64,000 nt of DNA from Trypanosoma brucei. Lineage: Eukaryota. The DNA is taken from NCBI GenBank assembly GCA_000002445.1, contig CM000208.1, forward strand, positions 3,072,001-3,136,000, given 5' to 3'. The notes under the pieces were generated by a model that was not told where the DNA came from, did no database searches, and was given only the letters and a program-made list of their open reading frames with translations. Made by a program: the position numbers and the translations under genes. This document shows, piece after piece, positions 40,601-50,910 of the stretch (the stretch's first letter is position 1; each line of letters begins with the position of its first letter).

Positions 40601-41426
40601 TGCGTTCGTTTACAAAACCCCACTTCCGCTGCAGCTGAACTATCGCAAAATGCTGGAAGGATATAGGCATCAACGCAATATTAGCCGAGGCACGGTACTC
40701 GCTAATATCCGTGAGACCCTCCCACCCGCATGCCACTCGGTAATCTCTGTAGTGTTGGACGATACGGCATGTCTCAAAGGAGAGCAGGCAATGCTGTGGT
40801 TCGAGTAGTTCCTCGAAGCGCCTCCGGGCCCCCTGTTCGTTACGGGGGTACCCGTACTGTCTCCTAAGCTTAATTTTAAGAATTAGACGATCAACATGCC
40901 GAGTGAGTAGCGTTACAACGCAGAAGTTTAAAGCAACAGAAAGCACTGTAGTTGCAATAACTTGCCCAACCACTGGAATGGAACCCAACCCGATCAGCGA
41001 TCCAATGGCGTATCCAATCGCCAAGCCAGTGGCTGCGGTTCCAACCTCCTTGCCAATGCGCAACGCCAAATCCGTACGATCCATTGGCAATCCCAATACG
41101 TTAAGCGCCCCACGCCGGTAGTCGCTGACAGCGCGGAATGACTCGTATGCAGCGACCGCTGCCGCCGCTATCGGGTTGGCCACAGTTGCCGAAAAGACAA
41201 GGTTGGTTGTGATGCTCACACCCGTGCGAGCAGCACCATCAACAATATCTCCCCTCTTCAAAGCAAGAACCGACTCGTGGGAGTTTGTTGGGGAAACGGT
41301 GTGATCCGATGCATTCTGAGGTGTAAGCGACAGTTGAATGTTTTCCTGCGTCGGGTCCTCCTCTCGTCGTTTTGATTCATCATCATCAACAATAATAAAC
41401 TCACTGGCATCTTCCTTATCCGTCAT
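37671..41426 (-). CDS. Large hypothetical membrane protein with a J-domain-like HPD motif and a C-terminal protein-kinase-like (probably pseudokinase) region, 1251 aa
   Basis: A hydrophobic N-terminal block at about aa 120-175 (GTAATGLAIGYAIGSLIGLGSIPVVGQVIATTVLSVALNFCVVTLL) predicts 2 TM segments. A J-like segment follows (…ECRKVYRALLLVHHPDRGGSGELTGVLNHDFEVYA). Near the C-terminus, AIIDIHSCQVTHGDICMSNFTHDDFGNTTLGFFSNSLKV resembles kinase subdomains VIb-VII, but the DFG Asp is absent. The ATG is at 41424-41426. Confidence 0.65.
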   Translation of the reverse strand: MTDKEDASEFIIVDDDESKRREEDPTQENIQLSLTPQNASDHTVSPTNSHESVLALKRGDIVDGAARTGVSITTNLVFSATVANPIAAAAVAAYESFRAVSDYRRGALNVLGLPMDRTDLALRIGKEVGTAATGLAIGYAIGSLIGLGSIPVVGQVIATTVLSVALNFCVVTLLTRHVDRLILKIKLRRQYGYPRNEQGARRRFEELLEPQHCLLSFETCRIVQHYRDYRVACGWEGLTDISEYRASANIALMPISFQHFAIVQLQRKWGFVNERNECRKVYRALLLVHHPDRGGSGELTGVLNHDFEVYAFCQGWHEDCRRLCQENEEAIHTDGARRPRKRKKNAVVSFLQSLFRTGKNSSQEAQELCDSGLLALEAGTPLELSELEELSVDEPDESVADEEYAVSETKASTTQHSICVVLAAIQRCYQLTTEAVPFSWLKQLHRDCEGWSRLKVNVHMFIRMHVFVHIADEVAARDTATTVLPVERSCCDFRWCTKCEAVAKREDLRRTIVATCFPKHVTGKLIEAFELWKTAQSLAHSFFKQHTGATADVTVVAGTGQTLSALFDIQTAIQALCTGDSDSLEESDETEDERTLEFADEVRIIGLIAGFALSGAHAVDTHQRLRETCKEYYRARDSKMKSVASLRHATHDVGGRTSKSTAKKEKLKSSEQREGDTKESLLFHQVFTEVDAATCELYNIYSVHLPENIGFFKLLPSSCARCAHQKCEIRRYVKYERERTLVSYKHVVVEPRNVLEPHKPATYQGMVLKDGKEISEIEFALLCAEYVDPISGTVTPCWLKRYTFPKYENESSVQTTKVFKTLMERELRLQETCASCRVTSAIEVFGDEHTNQIYFHLPRGGTQVRFSSPQDILKRIKQHGVRWLHGALQAIIDIHSCQVTHGDICMSNFTHDDFGNTTLGFFSNSLKVHKYGTKTAQDDAADFGVTLHAEVLPYLRGTLPQTKSSPHRNASDDRASSGVVTGCGQAEQQIREMFNVFLEVADRLTGKLEPRWSLLDARGFVRRLIKVNYDCDERQYLFTKEVSYPPYWTAQKNMGPVSLFPDNRVLMHRSPQGTAVFLNRNIYLWETYWKYRQQLVLARGCSSFSVPVALREQPHFLPCSDDCEVNERFLWYNCKDEEEAWQICLEGTKEEKCRFAFVPPWMEAKKQTRNDDNPWATWAIVFRVALGAVVSDEDEMETCCVPSAGPDTGLFVVQRCAMVRGSGPAAGQWELSVPSPGTRSYPEYLVRWFHS

Positions 41427-43007
41427 TTTTTTCCTCGACCCACCCTTATGATCCCAACCACGGATAACTTTAAAGCTTCTTCTTTCCCTTTGGAGGCCCT
41501 TCCCGAGGGCAGCGGTGAGGCAGACGACGTATGGGGGAATCGGATATTAAAAAAACGGGAAGAGGAAAATGACGACGCTCGGTTGAACAATGGGATGATA
41601 CTTCACACCATAAATTTTTGCAATCTTCAAAAACCTCTCCGATATTCATCACGTATTTCTTTGCCTTCACACAAAAGCGGCGTACCGAGCACTCGAGTGT
41701 TCCACATGTATCTGAACTTTTGACTAAGTGGTAGCCCCAATTTATTGAGGAGCCAAACGATAGAACCCGTGAGGTAAAATTGAGTGAAAAAAACAATGGA
41801 AAATGAAGCTGCGCCGTGAAACCGGCAGTCCCTGCTGCTGGCGGGGGCCCGCACCACCTCCTGCGGCAACGCACGTGATATAAATAACGGAAGGAAGGAG
41901 GGGGGATGGAAAGATGTAACAACGCAAAAAAAAAAAAAGAAAAAAAAAGCATATGTAAAAATTAAAAAAACTCGTTTTGCGCAGAATAAAATCATCCCAC
42001 TGCAAAAACCACGTGCCAATTAGAGCGGTACGTGAAGTTTAAGTTTGGCTGCCCACCATACATGATATAACACACCAAGAGGGGTGCCAACAGGAAACCC
42101 ATGGGGACTGCAACAATAATTATGCTAAGAGAAAGCACCACCACCAGCACCTCCGTTTCACTTCCAGTAAGAGTGGTAGTTGTCTTGCATCGTTTTTTTT
42201 TTTAATTATGGTTAATATTGCCTTTTTGCATCGATGGGAAGTAGAAGAGGGGGGGGGGGGAAGTCGCCAATGCTATTGCAACTTTTCCGGGCGATATCGC
42301 ACAGTTGCGGTCAGCAAATACGAATACTAAACTGAAGGGACGTCCGTGCGCCGCGAGTACCTTCCACTGACTTCTTCCTGCAATTAATACCAAACGACTA
42401 ACAGTGCATCGGAAAAAGGGAGTTGGGAAAGGTACCGAGGACAGCGCGGATGGTTTCCCTTATGCAAACAGAGGACACATTAAGGAGCACATCGCTCTCA
42501 ACGATCAAAAACACTTGCTGAGAGAAATGTTCCCCAATCCGTCGCATGAGCTTAATTACGAAGACAAGTAAACGTATAAATATAAATATATATATATAAA
42601 TATATATATATATTATCCCAAAACACGACTTCCATATTGAAACAAACCCTGCTAACGCTACGCTTTATCTACCTTTTAACATCCCCTTCGGCACTAATTG
42701 CATCGGGAAGTGTTGTTTACCGCACAACGTCACTCACTGGAACACGCGCACAGGAAGGCGGAGCATGCTGGAAAGGGATTAATTATGAAACCACAACAAC
42801 TTTATCAGGCAAGGAGGAGGGCGGGGAAAATACACTGGTAAGTGATGCAAAGCGCATTGTAAGAATCACACACGCTATTGCAATAAACAAAAGAGGAGCT
42901 GCGTAACACTTGTAATGTTCCAATTAACCCCATGCACGTTTCGTAAATAGATGTGTTGCGCCAGCCGACAGGCTGTGAATCTGACCACGAATTCGAGCAC
43001 GTACAGA

Positions 43008-44771
43008 TTACGCCTTCTTTGCCTTTCTGTTTTTGTAACACTGACAGCAAAGCGCAACGGATATGGCACCTACAAAGATAAGCAGAAGAAATGTCGCAAG
43101 GAGGAAGCGAAACAACACTTGAAGCAAAGTGCAGTCCGGCCAAACCTGCCCCTGAACCGACTGCATCACGTATGTAACAAAGGGCGTGGGGTAGGTTGGG
43201 GGATAGTGTCGGTCGGGAATGCCAGCACCACGTTCGTCACGTTCTTGGCGAAACATGGTTTCACATTCTTGTTGTTTAGCTAATGTGGCATCCTCAATCC
43301 ACCCATACTCGTTTGCCTTTGCTTTGTATAGTTGACAACCCGACTTATGTGTAAGGGCACTAAGCGGCAGCGTTAGGTGCAGGGCCACTGCTCCATTTTC
43401 AGGAATGCTGTGAATTAGAATGGAAGCGTTCACATCCCTCTCGAATTGCTCTCGACGTTCCTCGTGCGCGCTTGTCTCTGACAACTCAAACCGAGCCTTT
43501 GAATTCGCTGTTAACTTCAACACACCGAAGTTACGCTCAACATAAACCCCAACCCGTCGTCTGCTCGGAAACAGAGACGTGAGGATTGTTGGCAGCGCAA
43601 CGAAACTAGCCGTGCTATGCGTGAGCCCAGAACTTGTGGCCTCTATAATGGGATATCCAAGTGTCCTCATGGCGGCTTTTCGGGTGTCCATCCCGATTTC
43701 ACCCAAGTGGACGTCACCACTCATAAAGATTACCCGATCAGTCCGGAACTGCCGCAGTAGTGCAAAGAGTCGGTCACGGGATCGGGGGAAGGCAGCCCAG
43801 CTTTCCGACACCTTCTCGTCTAACATAATTTGCACACCATTTGCTACCACCGTAAGAGCACAACGCTCACGACCGGTCGCTGGGTTACGCCCCGCCACGT
43901 CGTCCCTAAGTCGCTCTTCCAACCACTGCCACTGTGTTTCACCTAACATATTTCCACTCCGAGTAGCGTTGGATGGATCTCTGAAGTATCGCGCGTCCAG
44001 TAGCAGAAAACAAAAAGCGTTATCATAAAAATGTTTCATTACATTTACCGCAGCGGTTGCTGCGGTGTCACTGCCAGCCGTAGAACTTAACAATTCAACT
44101 GGAACGGCCTCAAAGTGGTAAACTCCTTGCCGCTTTCTCCTTGGATCAGTGCGAGGCACTCCCAGAAAGTCTAAATAGAACTGCTGCATCGCGTCCTTGT
44201 CGGAGAATTCTGCTCCCCCGTCATTCTTTCCCATGTCATGATCATCCCATACGCCGATGACGCGATGCTCCTCCCCTTCCCCTTCCCCTTCCACACGTTT
44301 GCCAACCTCTTCACTAGAAGATGGAATGTTAGTACGTTTTCGCTTAGCAACGCAAGTGTGGCGGAAAGCAACGTATTGCGGGGCGTTAGCTTGATGGACA
44401 AACTTGGCCTGTGCAGCCTTTAAGTCAAGTGGCGGTGGAGTTTTCCGGAGTATCACAGTTCTGTCCGCGTACACGGCGTCACCAGTCCATATCAGTGCAT
44501 CTACCGGGCGCCGCGAAATGCATTGTCCCATTTGTTTGGCTACGGAGCCGTTGAGGCGTTGCTCAACCGTAGTGGCGATGACGTCCCAGTAGTTTTGATC
44601 ACCGTCGTGTCGGTTACAACTGAGAAACACAGCCTGCCCCATGGTGTGGTTTATCCCATACACCTCAGCACCAATGCTTCTCCGCACCGTCGATTGAAGT
44701 GCCAACAGAATGAAGGCGATCAAAACCATTAAAACAACCGGTGCCGTTCTGTAAACGCCTCGCCTTAACAT
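43008..44771 (-). CDS. PhoD-like / calcineurin-like metallophosphoesterase, membrane-anchored, 587 aa
   Basis: The N-terminal signal/TM is VVLMVLIAFILLALQS. VIGVWDDHDMGKNDGG fits the WDDHD/E motif of PhoD-like phosphatases. IFMSGDVHLGEI is a GDxH metallophosphatase motif. A C-terminal TM (LLATFLLLIFVGAISVAL) is present. Confidence 0.7.
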   Translation of the reverse strand: MLRRGVYRTAPVVLMVLIAFILLALQSTVRRSIGAEVYGINHTMGQAVFLSCNRHDGDQNYWDVIATTVEQRLNGSVAKQMGQCISRRPVDALIWTGDAVYADRTVILRKTPPPLDLKAAQAKFVHQANAPQYVAFRHTCVAKRKRTNIPSSSEEVGKRVEGEGEGEEHRVIGVWDDHDMGKNDGGAEFSDKDAMQQFYLDFLGVPRTDPRRKRQGVYHFEAVPVELLSSTAGSDTAATAAVNVMKHFYDNAFCFLLLDARYFRDPSNATRSGNMLGETQWQWLEERLRDDVAGRNPATGRERCALTVVANGVQIMLDEKVSESWAAFPRSRDRLFALLRQFRTDRVIFMSGDVHLGEIGMDTRKAAMRTLGYPIIEATSSGLTHSTASFVALPTILTSLFPSRRRVGVYVERNFGVLKLTANSKARFELSETSAHEERREQFERDVNASILIHSIPENGAVALHLTLPLSALTHKSGCQLYKAKANEYGWIEDATLAKQQECETMFRQERDERGAGIPDRHYPPTYPTPFVTYVMQSVQGQVWPDCTLLQVLFRFLLATFLLLIFVGAISVALCCQCYKNRKAKKA

Positions 44772-45885
44772 TCTTTTCTTCGGTCTACTTGACCCCTCTC
44801 CCGCGTTATTTATGACCGCTTAAACGTTGGAAAATCTCAAAAAAAAAAAGACTCGATAAAAGACCCACCAGCATGCATTTGCACTGGCTTTATTCAGATG
44901 ATATTCCCAGTAAACAAAAAGTTATGATAAAACTAGGACCGGGCAACTAAAACGTCACTAAATGGGCACGGAACTCAATTCACACTCAAACCAGGTCCAT
45001 GTAGCGTCAAATTGTATCGACTTTATCAGCGCACGTCTGTGTGATCGGTGACACAATTGAAATCTACACAATCATGGTAACGCGTGTCACCTGCTTCAAC
45101 CAAAGCCACTTCTCCCAATTCAACACCATCGTTGCTTCGGGTGGAAACAGGGGAGAAAAAGCGATTTCCATATGTGATAAATTGGTGTTTGTCCTTCACA
45201 GTTTTTTCGTCCCTCACCCCCCCCCCAAATAAAAAAACAACAATTTTTAGCAGTGTGATCATGAAAAAACAAAAAAAACACACTTGCGCTCGTCACTACA
45301 TCATGCATGCCCGCACTGACTTCTTCTATCCCCCCTTTTTTATTTCACACGTATATTTTTAAAGGGGTGCGCGAGCATAGACAACTTTGCGTATGGTTAT
45401 TTTGGTACGCTTTGATGATGAGTGTGTTCAGATGATCGGCGCCCTCGCCCTACCTGCCATACATATACCATTGGTACTTATCCATACATGTATGTCTTTG
45501 CTTTTCTACGTATCATTTCGTTCGCACATGCCCTTGCAGAGATGTGAGGAAAAAGTGTTTGAAGTCAGGTGGGAATTGCTTGTGGTGAATCTTTCGGAGA
45601 AACACGCAAAAAATAACAGTGATGATAATTGTTCTAACATTCACATGGAAACATGTGGTTTAGCCAACGAAGAGGTGTGCGCGCTCGAGGGGCGCTGAAA
45701 ATGTTCTCCAACCCAGTGCCCTGGCCCATGACGTCACATTGCCATCACCAAATTTTCTAGAAGGAATGCAATAGACAAAGAGCAACTAAAAAAAAAAAAA
45801 AGCAAACAAAAAACAAAATATAAACACATTACGTTGTAGAGAAGACGAAATTAGCATTGTATTCGATTTTCGCAGTCTAATATAT

Positions 45886-47202
45886 CTAGTGAGCCAATAG
45901 TGACATCTGTTTTTTCAGTGCCTTCCATTCTAGTTTCTCCTTCTCAAGAACAGTAACTGCATTCGTTGCCTCCTTGAGCTTCGTCTCTTGCCTCTTGACA
46001 TTAATATCGTGCTCTTTGAGCCGCTTGGCGACATCCTCTTCCAACTCCTCGTACCGCCTGTGCATCCTTAGAGCATACCTTTCCATGGTTGCCACTTGCC
46101 TGCGGAGGCCGTCCAGTTCCGGATCGTTGGAGACTCGGGGGAGATATTCCCCCGTGAACCTCGCCGGATCTGTCGTTCTAGTTGCATTTGTTTCGACTGG
46201 GCTCAGTATTTCTTCACCATTCACCAAACGTGGCGATGCAAGTTCCTGCTTCTCAGTATCAGCTTCCACTCGCACCGACGTGCCGTCGCCCTTTTCATCT
46301 CCGCACTTCTTTTCACCTTCCAGTGGATCGGAGTGCCGATTCTCTGCAATCAATAAGTTACCGTTGAGCAACAGTCCATTGTTTTGAGATGTTTTGTTGT
46401 GCCTGCGCAGCCGACTCTGAAGCTCACTGCGCTCTTCAAGTGCACGTTGGATGGCAATTCGGAGTTCCGCCACCTCCGCTTCTGCTGCCTCTCCCATAGC
46501 TTGCAACATGCTGCGACCGCTGCGTTGCATACTTCCCACTTCCTGTTTATATTCGTGTTCGATGCGGCTCAGAGTCCTTTCCTGCAACACCATCTGCTGT
46601 GTATATGTTTCTATGCACTCCACCTGCATGGCGAGTTCTACTTCACGATCACGAGCCATTCGGCTCATCTTGCGAATACTTTGGTGGAACACGGTGGCGG
46701 GGTGATCTAGGGCGTGCGACATGCTGCTTCGGAAAAAGCGGTAGATGCCGTTCGCATTGCGGCGTAATAAGTTGATGTTCTCCCATTCCTCAACCGATGG
46801 CGTACAGTCGCATTCCGTGTCGTTATTCAATTCCTCGTCTGACTGCGTGCGCGACTTTCCCAATGCCGTTTCCACATCACTGAGTTGCTGCAACAACATG
46901 TCCCGACGCCTCTGCTGGTGAAGGAGTTGCGTTTTCCTTTCGAAAAGCATGCCCTCGAGCATATCGAGGTGCTCGATGGAGTGTAAATAACTCCGCACGG
47001 CATCCGTCTCAGCGTTGACTTCCTTTACTCGTTCCAAAATCATTCCCTTTTTTCTATCTAAATCGTTGATCTGATCTTTCAGCTGGCTAAGGAGGGATTC
47101 CTTTTGCCTTTGCTCTACTTCCATGTCCTCCTCTCTCTGTTTTAAAGCTGCAAGCTTTTGTTGAGCAGCTTCAATTTTTCTTTCCAACTCATCGTCTTTC
47201 AT
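45886..47202 (-). CDS. Coiled-coil protein, 438 aa, function unknown
   Basis: The ORF is clean with an ATG start. The sequence is heptad-rich (EDMEVEQRQKESLLSQLKDQINDLDRKKGMILERVKEVNAETDAV…). No recognisable catalytic motif is present. Confidence 0.6.
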   Translation of the reverse strand: MKDDELERKIEAAQQKLAALKQREEDMEVEQRQKESLLSQLKDQINDLDRKKGMILERVKEVNAETDAVRSYLHSIEHLDMLEGMLFERKTQLLHQQRRRDMLLQQLSDVETALGKSRTQSDEELNNDTECDCTPSVEEWENINLLRRNANGIYRFFRSSMSHALDHPATVFHQSIRKMSRMARDREVELAMQVECIETYTQQMVLQERTLSRIEHEYKQEVGSMQRSGRSMLQAMGEAAEAEVAELRIAIQRALEERSELQSRLRRHNKTSQNNGLLLNGNLLIAENRHSDPLEGEKKCGDEKGDGTSVRVEADTEKQELASPRLVNGEEILSPVETNATRTTDPARFTGEYLPRVSNDPELDGLRRQVATMERYALRMHRRYEELEEDVAKRLKEHDINVKRQETKLKEATNAVTVLEKEKLEWKALKKQMSLLAH

Positions 47203-47941
47203 TCTGTGTAGTGGAGCCGCAAGACTGAAACCCTAGTGCTCTCCGTCAACGGTAATTTTTTTTTTTAAAAGAAATGTAATCTATAACCTGTTGGGGGCTG
47301 TTGCTGCTACGAGATGTTACATGAGTACATCAAATACAAACAAACATATACATAATAAAGCAGAAGAGATGGAGGAATACAAGACTTGAGACTTACGCAT
47401 GCACCAAACAAGGTGCAAAAATAAATGACCTCTTTGAGAAGCGTAGAGATTCCTCACCACGGTTAACAACAAGGTGGGGGAGGGTGGGAATGGGAGAGGA
47501 AGTAGTCGTTGGTGTCTGAGGAGGATGGGGAATAAATAACTGTATTATCTAATCACTCCTCTTCCGCCTCTTTATTTCCTCCTTTTCATGTAATATGTAC
47601 ATTTAATGTCCAAAAAAAAAAAAAAGAAACACACACACACACACACACAAGGGCGAAGGCTAAGAAGGTTAGAGAAGTGTGGCTTTTATCTGCCTGCTTA
47701 CATGCGGAAAACGAGGAGAGTTTAAGCGGGCACATCGCGCCAGAAAAATCCAATGCATATCCCCTCGCTCTTATCTACTTGAACACTCTAATCGTAGATG
47801 AAATGTAACCTTTAAAAGCCAGTAAAGCTTCTCAACAAAGAACTGCTAGCACCAACTTTGTACCCGACAGCACTCTTCTTCTTTTTTTTTTCCTCGCCTC
47901 ATTCCTCAACTAATAAAACCTCATAACGCAACTCAGTTACT

Positions 47942-48298
47942 CTACGCACTAACACCATTTGCATTGGGGACAGCATCTCCACTCTCCACCTGCTGAATGA
48001 CAATCAGGAGATATTTCGTGTCGGGTGCGACGAGTACTTCATGTTTTTTCGTCCGAACGCGAAGGAAGAGAAGTTCATTGTTGTTATCTATTTCAAGCAC
48101 AGCATTTCGGGCTTTCATGGCTAAACTTTGGAACAATGCACTGTACTGCACTGCGAGGAGCCGTGAGTGCTCTTGAAACGTGTGACGAATAGGGATTCCA
48201 TCCGTGTTGACGATGATTATACCCTGAACACCTGGATGGTTTGTAATTTGCTTCAGTAGTTCTTCAATGTCGCCGCTCCCGCCTCCAATTGCAGCCAT
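47942..48298 (-). CDS. Dynein light chain roadblock-type (LC7/robl), 118 aa
   Basis: The whole length is diagnostic of the Roadblock/LC7 family: MAAIGGGSGDIEELLKQITNHPGVQGIIIVNTDGIPIRHTFQEHSRLLAVQYSALFQSLAMKARN…LLFLRVRTKKHEVLVAPDTKYLLIVIQQ. Confidence 0.8.
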   Translation of the reverse strand: MAAIGGGSGDIEELLKQITNHPGVQGIIIVNTDGIPIRHTFQEHSRLLAVQYSALFQSLAMKARNAVLEIDNNNELLFLRVRTKKHEVLVAPDTKYLLIVIQQVESGDAVPNANGVSA

Positions 48299-49012
48299 TT
48301 TTGCTTAAATGTATCCTTGTTCTTTTTTTTTTCTCTCCACCCTTCCTTTAGGTTTCGTTTTCTTCTCGTAGACCCCGCTTGGGTCCCCTTTTCTTTTCTG
48401 TGATTGTATGATTTGCGCTTATGGTTGCGCCACCTCTCCAATTGAGTTTGGTGAACCTGCTGATGTCGAAGGAAGAATTAAGGCAAAGGTAACAAATCTG
48501 ATATAGTTTTATAAGAAGGGCATTACTAAACCGTACATATACGCAACATTTCCCTCTCCCTCGTAATTGACGGGTGACACACAAGTACGATATGTAGAGG
48601 TTAAACAAACAAATAAACACACACAGATAGACACACACCGTAAAGGGAGAGAGTATTATTTAATGGTGATTAAACCTCACTTTATCAGATGTAAACACAC
48701 CACTTGCGGAACCTCACTGGGGTTCATGTAGAAGTGGCGCCTCTGTACACGCAATGAGGCATCGTACTCGCTTTTAATTCTCTTTCTTTTCTTTTTCTTC
48801 ACAGAAAAAAAAACTATATGCACATCATTTAATCCAAGGTTATACACCTATGAAACCGATGGTGTTGCCGTTAAACGTGTTTGTATATCATTTCGATGCT
48901 ATAACTGCCAGGGAAATTGATGGTACGGTGGCGAAATAACGCTCTTCAGGCAGTTGCGAGACACTCCAAAATTTGTGAGTTGGTTGCGAGGGCGACATTC
49001 AGACATTCTGGC

Positions 49013-49013
49013 A

Positions 49014-49050
<37 letters not shown>
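49013..49050. repeat. (AT)n microsatellite, about 19 units; a second (TA)12 is at 15772-15796
   Basis: Direct read. The one at 49013-49050 sits inside the 3' end of the carrier gene on the other strand's reading (track ORF 48917..49576 contains IYIYIYIY). Confidence 0.9.
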
Positions 49051-49052
<2 letters not shown>

Positions 49053-49140
49053 AATATAACCTATCAGCAACAGTGCGGAATAGATGGATATCACAGCAAC
49101 GTGTACCACACCATTTCTCCTCCCCCCCACCCCCCCCGCT

Positions 49141-50346
49141 TCATATTTGTTTCCAGAGTTCTCGGTCACTTCCGAGCTTCGTTAACTCAAATACTGACGA
49201 GAAAACCACGCCACCCACAACTGATGCGCCTACGTTTGCAACAGTACCCTTAAACAACCCTCGCCATCCCTCCGCTGATAAAAGGTCACGTACTACAGTA
49301 CGCAAAGAGGTGTACTGGGCGCCCTTGACAGCTCCAGAAACTGTAGGGAGAGCCTGCATCCTCGTATGTAGCACATCAACGGGATTAAATAAAAACGATG
49401 TTACGCAACTTGCGACCACACCCGCAAAGGCGTTCAGTGCGGGGTTGTCTGTTGGGGAAAGAAGCCAATTTTGCTGCCATGGTGACTTTTTCTCCCCAAC
49501 GAGGCTCATCTCCCGCTCCCAGCGCGAGAGGGTTGGTTCTGCCATTGTATATAGAATAGCTTTTGACCTGCTGTAGAGTGCCCACCACACGCCACTTGCG
49601 GGGAGTGTCATGATACCGGGCAGAAGCCCAGCGTAGAGACCACGCAATTTGTATCGAGCAGTGCCCCAACTTGTACCGATGCCGGGTTGCTTGTAGAGAT
49701 TACTGACCTCCCGTAAAGTGTCACGGAGTGATCCGTAGGTGTTGCTGCTACTCATGCCATACCCCGCAGTCATTTGGCGGTTGCACACAACCACAATGGG
49801 AGTTACAAGAAGAAGTGATGCTAGCTCCCCCGCCATGCCACCCACAGCTGCTGAGAAACTGTTGGTCCGGAAATCACGGCCGCGCTCAGGAGCAACGTTC
49901 GCGTCGGCGAATGCGACATCCAGTGCCTCTTTCGTCCATTCCATCGTGTGGAGATAGACCAGTTCGCCTATAAGGTTTCCTATCATTGCCGCCCCAACAC
50001 CACGATAAATAGCCCGAAGACCCCTCACTTTCTTACTCGAGTTGTTGCCACCGCCCACTTCACCACGGTATGCAGAGGCTATGATGGAGAATACGGATGG
50101 AGGTTTCGCTTCCCTTGTGATGCGCTTACGGGATATGGCAAGGTAAAGTGGATGCAGCAGCAACGTTCGTAGCATTGCGTTAAAGCTGACTAACACAAAC
50201 CATGTATCTTTGTGAAGATCAGAGAAACTGCGGTTCACTGCATTTCTAGACAGTGACGTTGGTGACGGTGCGCTAGACGGATACTCAACCTTTGATGAAC
50301 TACCAGATGTAATGTCGTCAACGGCAGCGATGTTGGTGATACTCAT
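49141..50346 (-). CDS. Mitochondrial carrier family (SLC25) protein with an N-terminal extension, 401 aa
   Basis: Three carrier repeats are visible. Repeat 3 has a good PxD/ExxK/R signature (NPVDVLHTRMQ). Each repeat is followed by a G…G…(F/Y)E helix (GLRAIYRGVGAAMIGNLIGELVYLHTME; LRGLYAGLLPGIMTLPASGVWWALYS; GLFKGTVANVGASVVGGVVFSSVFE). The signatures in repeats 1 and 2 are degenerate. Confidence 0.7.
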   Translation of the reverse strand: MSITNIAAVDDITSGSSSKVEYPSSAPSPTSLSRNAVNRSFSDLHKDTWFVLVSFNAMLRTLLLHPLYLAISRKRITREAKPPSVFSIIASAYRGEVGGGNNSSKKVRGLRAIYRGVGAAMIGNLIGELVYLHTMEWTKEALDVAFADANVAPERGRDFRTNSFSAAVGGMAGELASLLLVTPIVVVCNRQMTAGYGMSSSNTYGSLRDTLREVSNLYKQPGIGTSWGTARYKLRGLYAGLLPGIMTLPASGVWWALYSRSKAILYTMAEPTLSRWEREMSLVGEKKSPWQQNWLLSPTDNPALNAFAGVVASCVTSFLFNPVDVLHTRMQALPTVSGAVKGAQYTSLRTVVRDLLSAEGWRGLFKGTVANVGASVVGGVVFSSVFELTKLGSDRELWKQI

Positions 50347-50910
50347 CTAACTTAATGTGAGGACGTCCACTATGTTTTTTTTTTAAAGGTGAAAACAAAC
50401 ACACACTGTTCCCAATTTATGTGTACAATGCTGAAGGGTACAAGAGAACTTTTTTTATTGATTTTTTTTGTTTTTAATAAAGCAGGGAGGGGGGGGCAAA
50501 GCAGCGCTAGTCCCGAGCCCAATAAAAATGTCATTTGATTAACTGCATGCAAAGACAGGTAAACGAAGTGGGGTTAAAAGGGGAAAAGGAGCGGAAGGAA
50601 AGGTTCCTCCTCCTCCCTCCGACTCCCAAAGTTTATTGGATTTTCACTGTTATCGATATCGCTAAAGCTGCTAAAAAAAATATGTTCGCAGACAAGAGAG
50701 GGCAAATGTGAGCCTCACATTGAAAAATAAACTCCATAAATCCGTTTTGTACTCTACAAAAAAAAAACAGCCATAGAGCTGTTGTCAGCGCTGCAAGCAG
50801 TGGTAAACACATATGCCCAGCATCAGATAATGCAAGTACTTGTGTGTACCACACTTTCCTAACCTCCCCCCCTTTTCTCTTTAGATGTGACAGGTAAGCT
50901 GTTTTATCAC

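Noticed and set aside
42240-42262. G13 homopolymer, and other G/C runs of 9 nt or more at about 6491, 32724, 37148, 45218, 49123 and 50489, as G-quadruplex or regulatory elements
   Set aside because: Homopolymer runs are scattered through most intergenic regions of this window with no positional pattern I can tie to gene starts or ends. I treat them as background low-complexity typical of trypanosome intergenic regions.
45618-45700. C/D-box snoRNA-like pattern (GUGAUGA … about 68 nt … CUGA) on the plus strand in the PhoD/coiled-coil intergenic region
   Set aside because: I saw no convincing terminal stem or D'/C' boxes. It also lies on the strand opposite to the transcription unit, whereas trypanosome snoRNAs are processed from the sense polycistron. 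It is most likely a chance motif.
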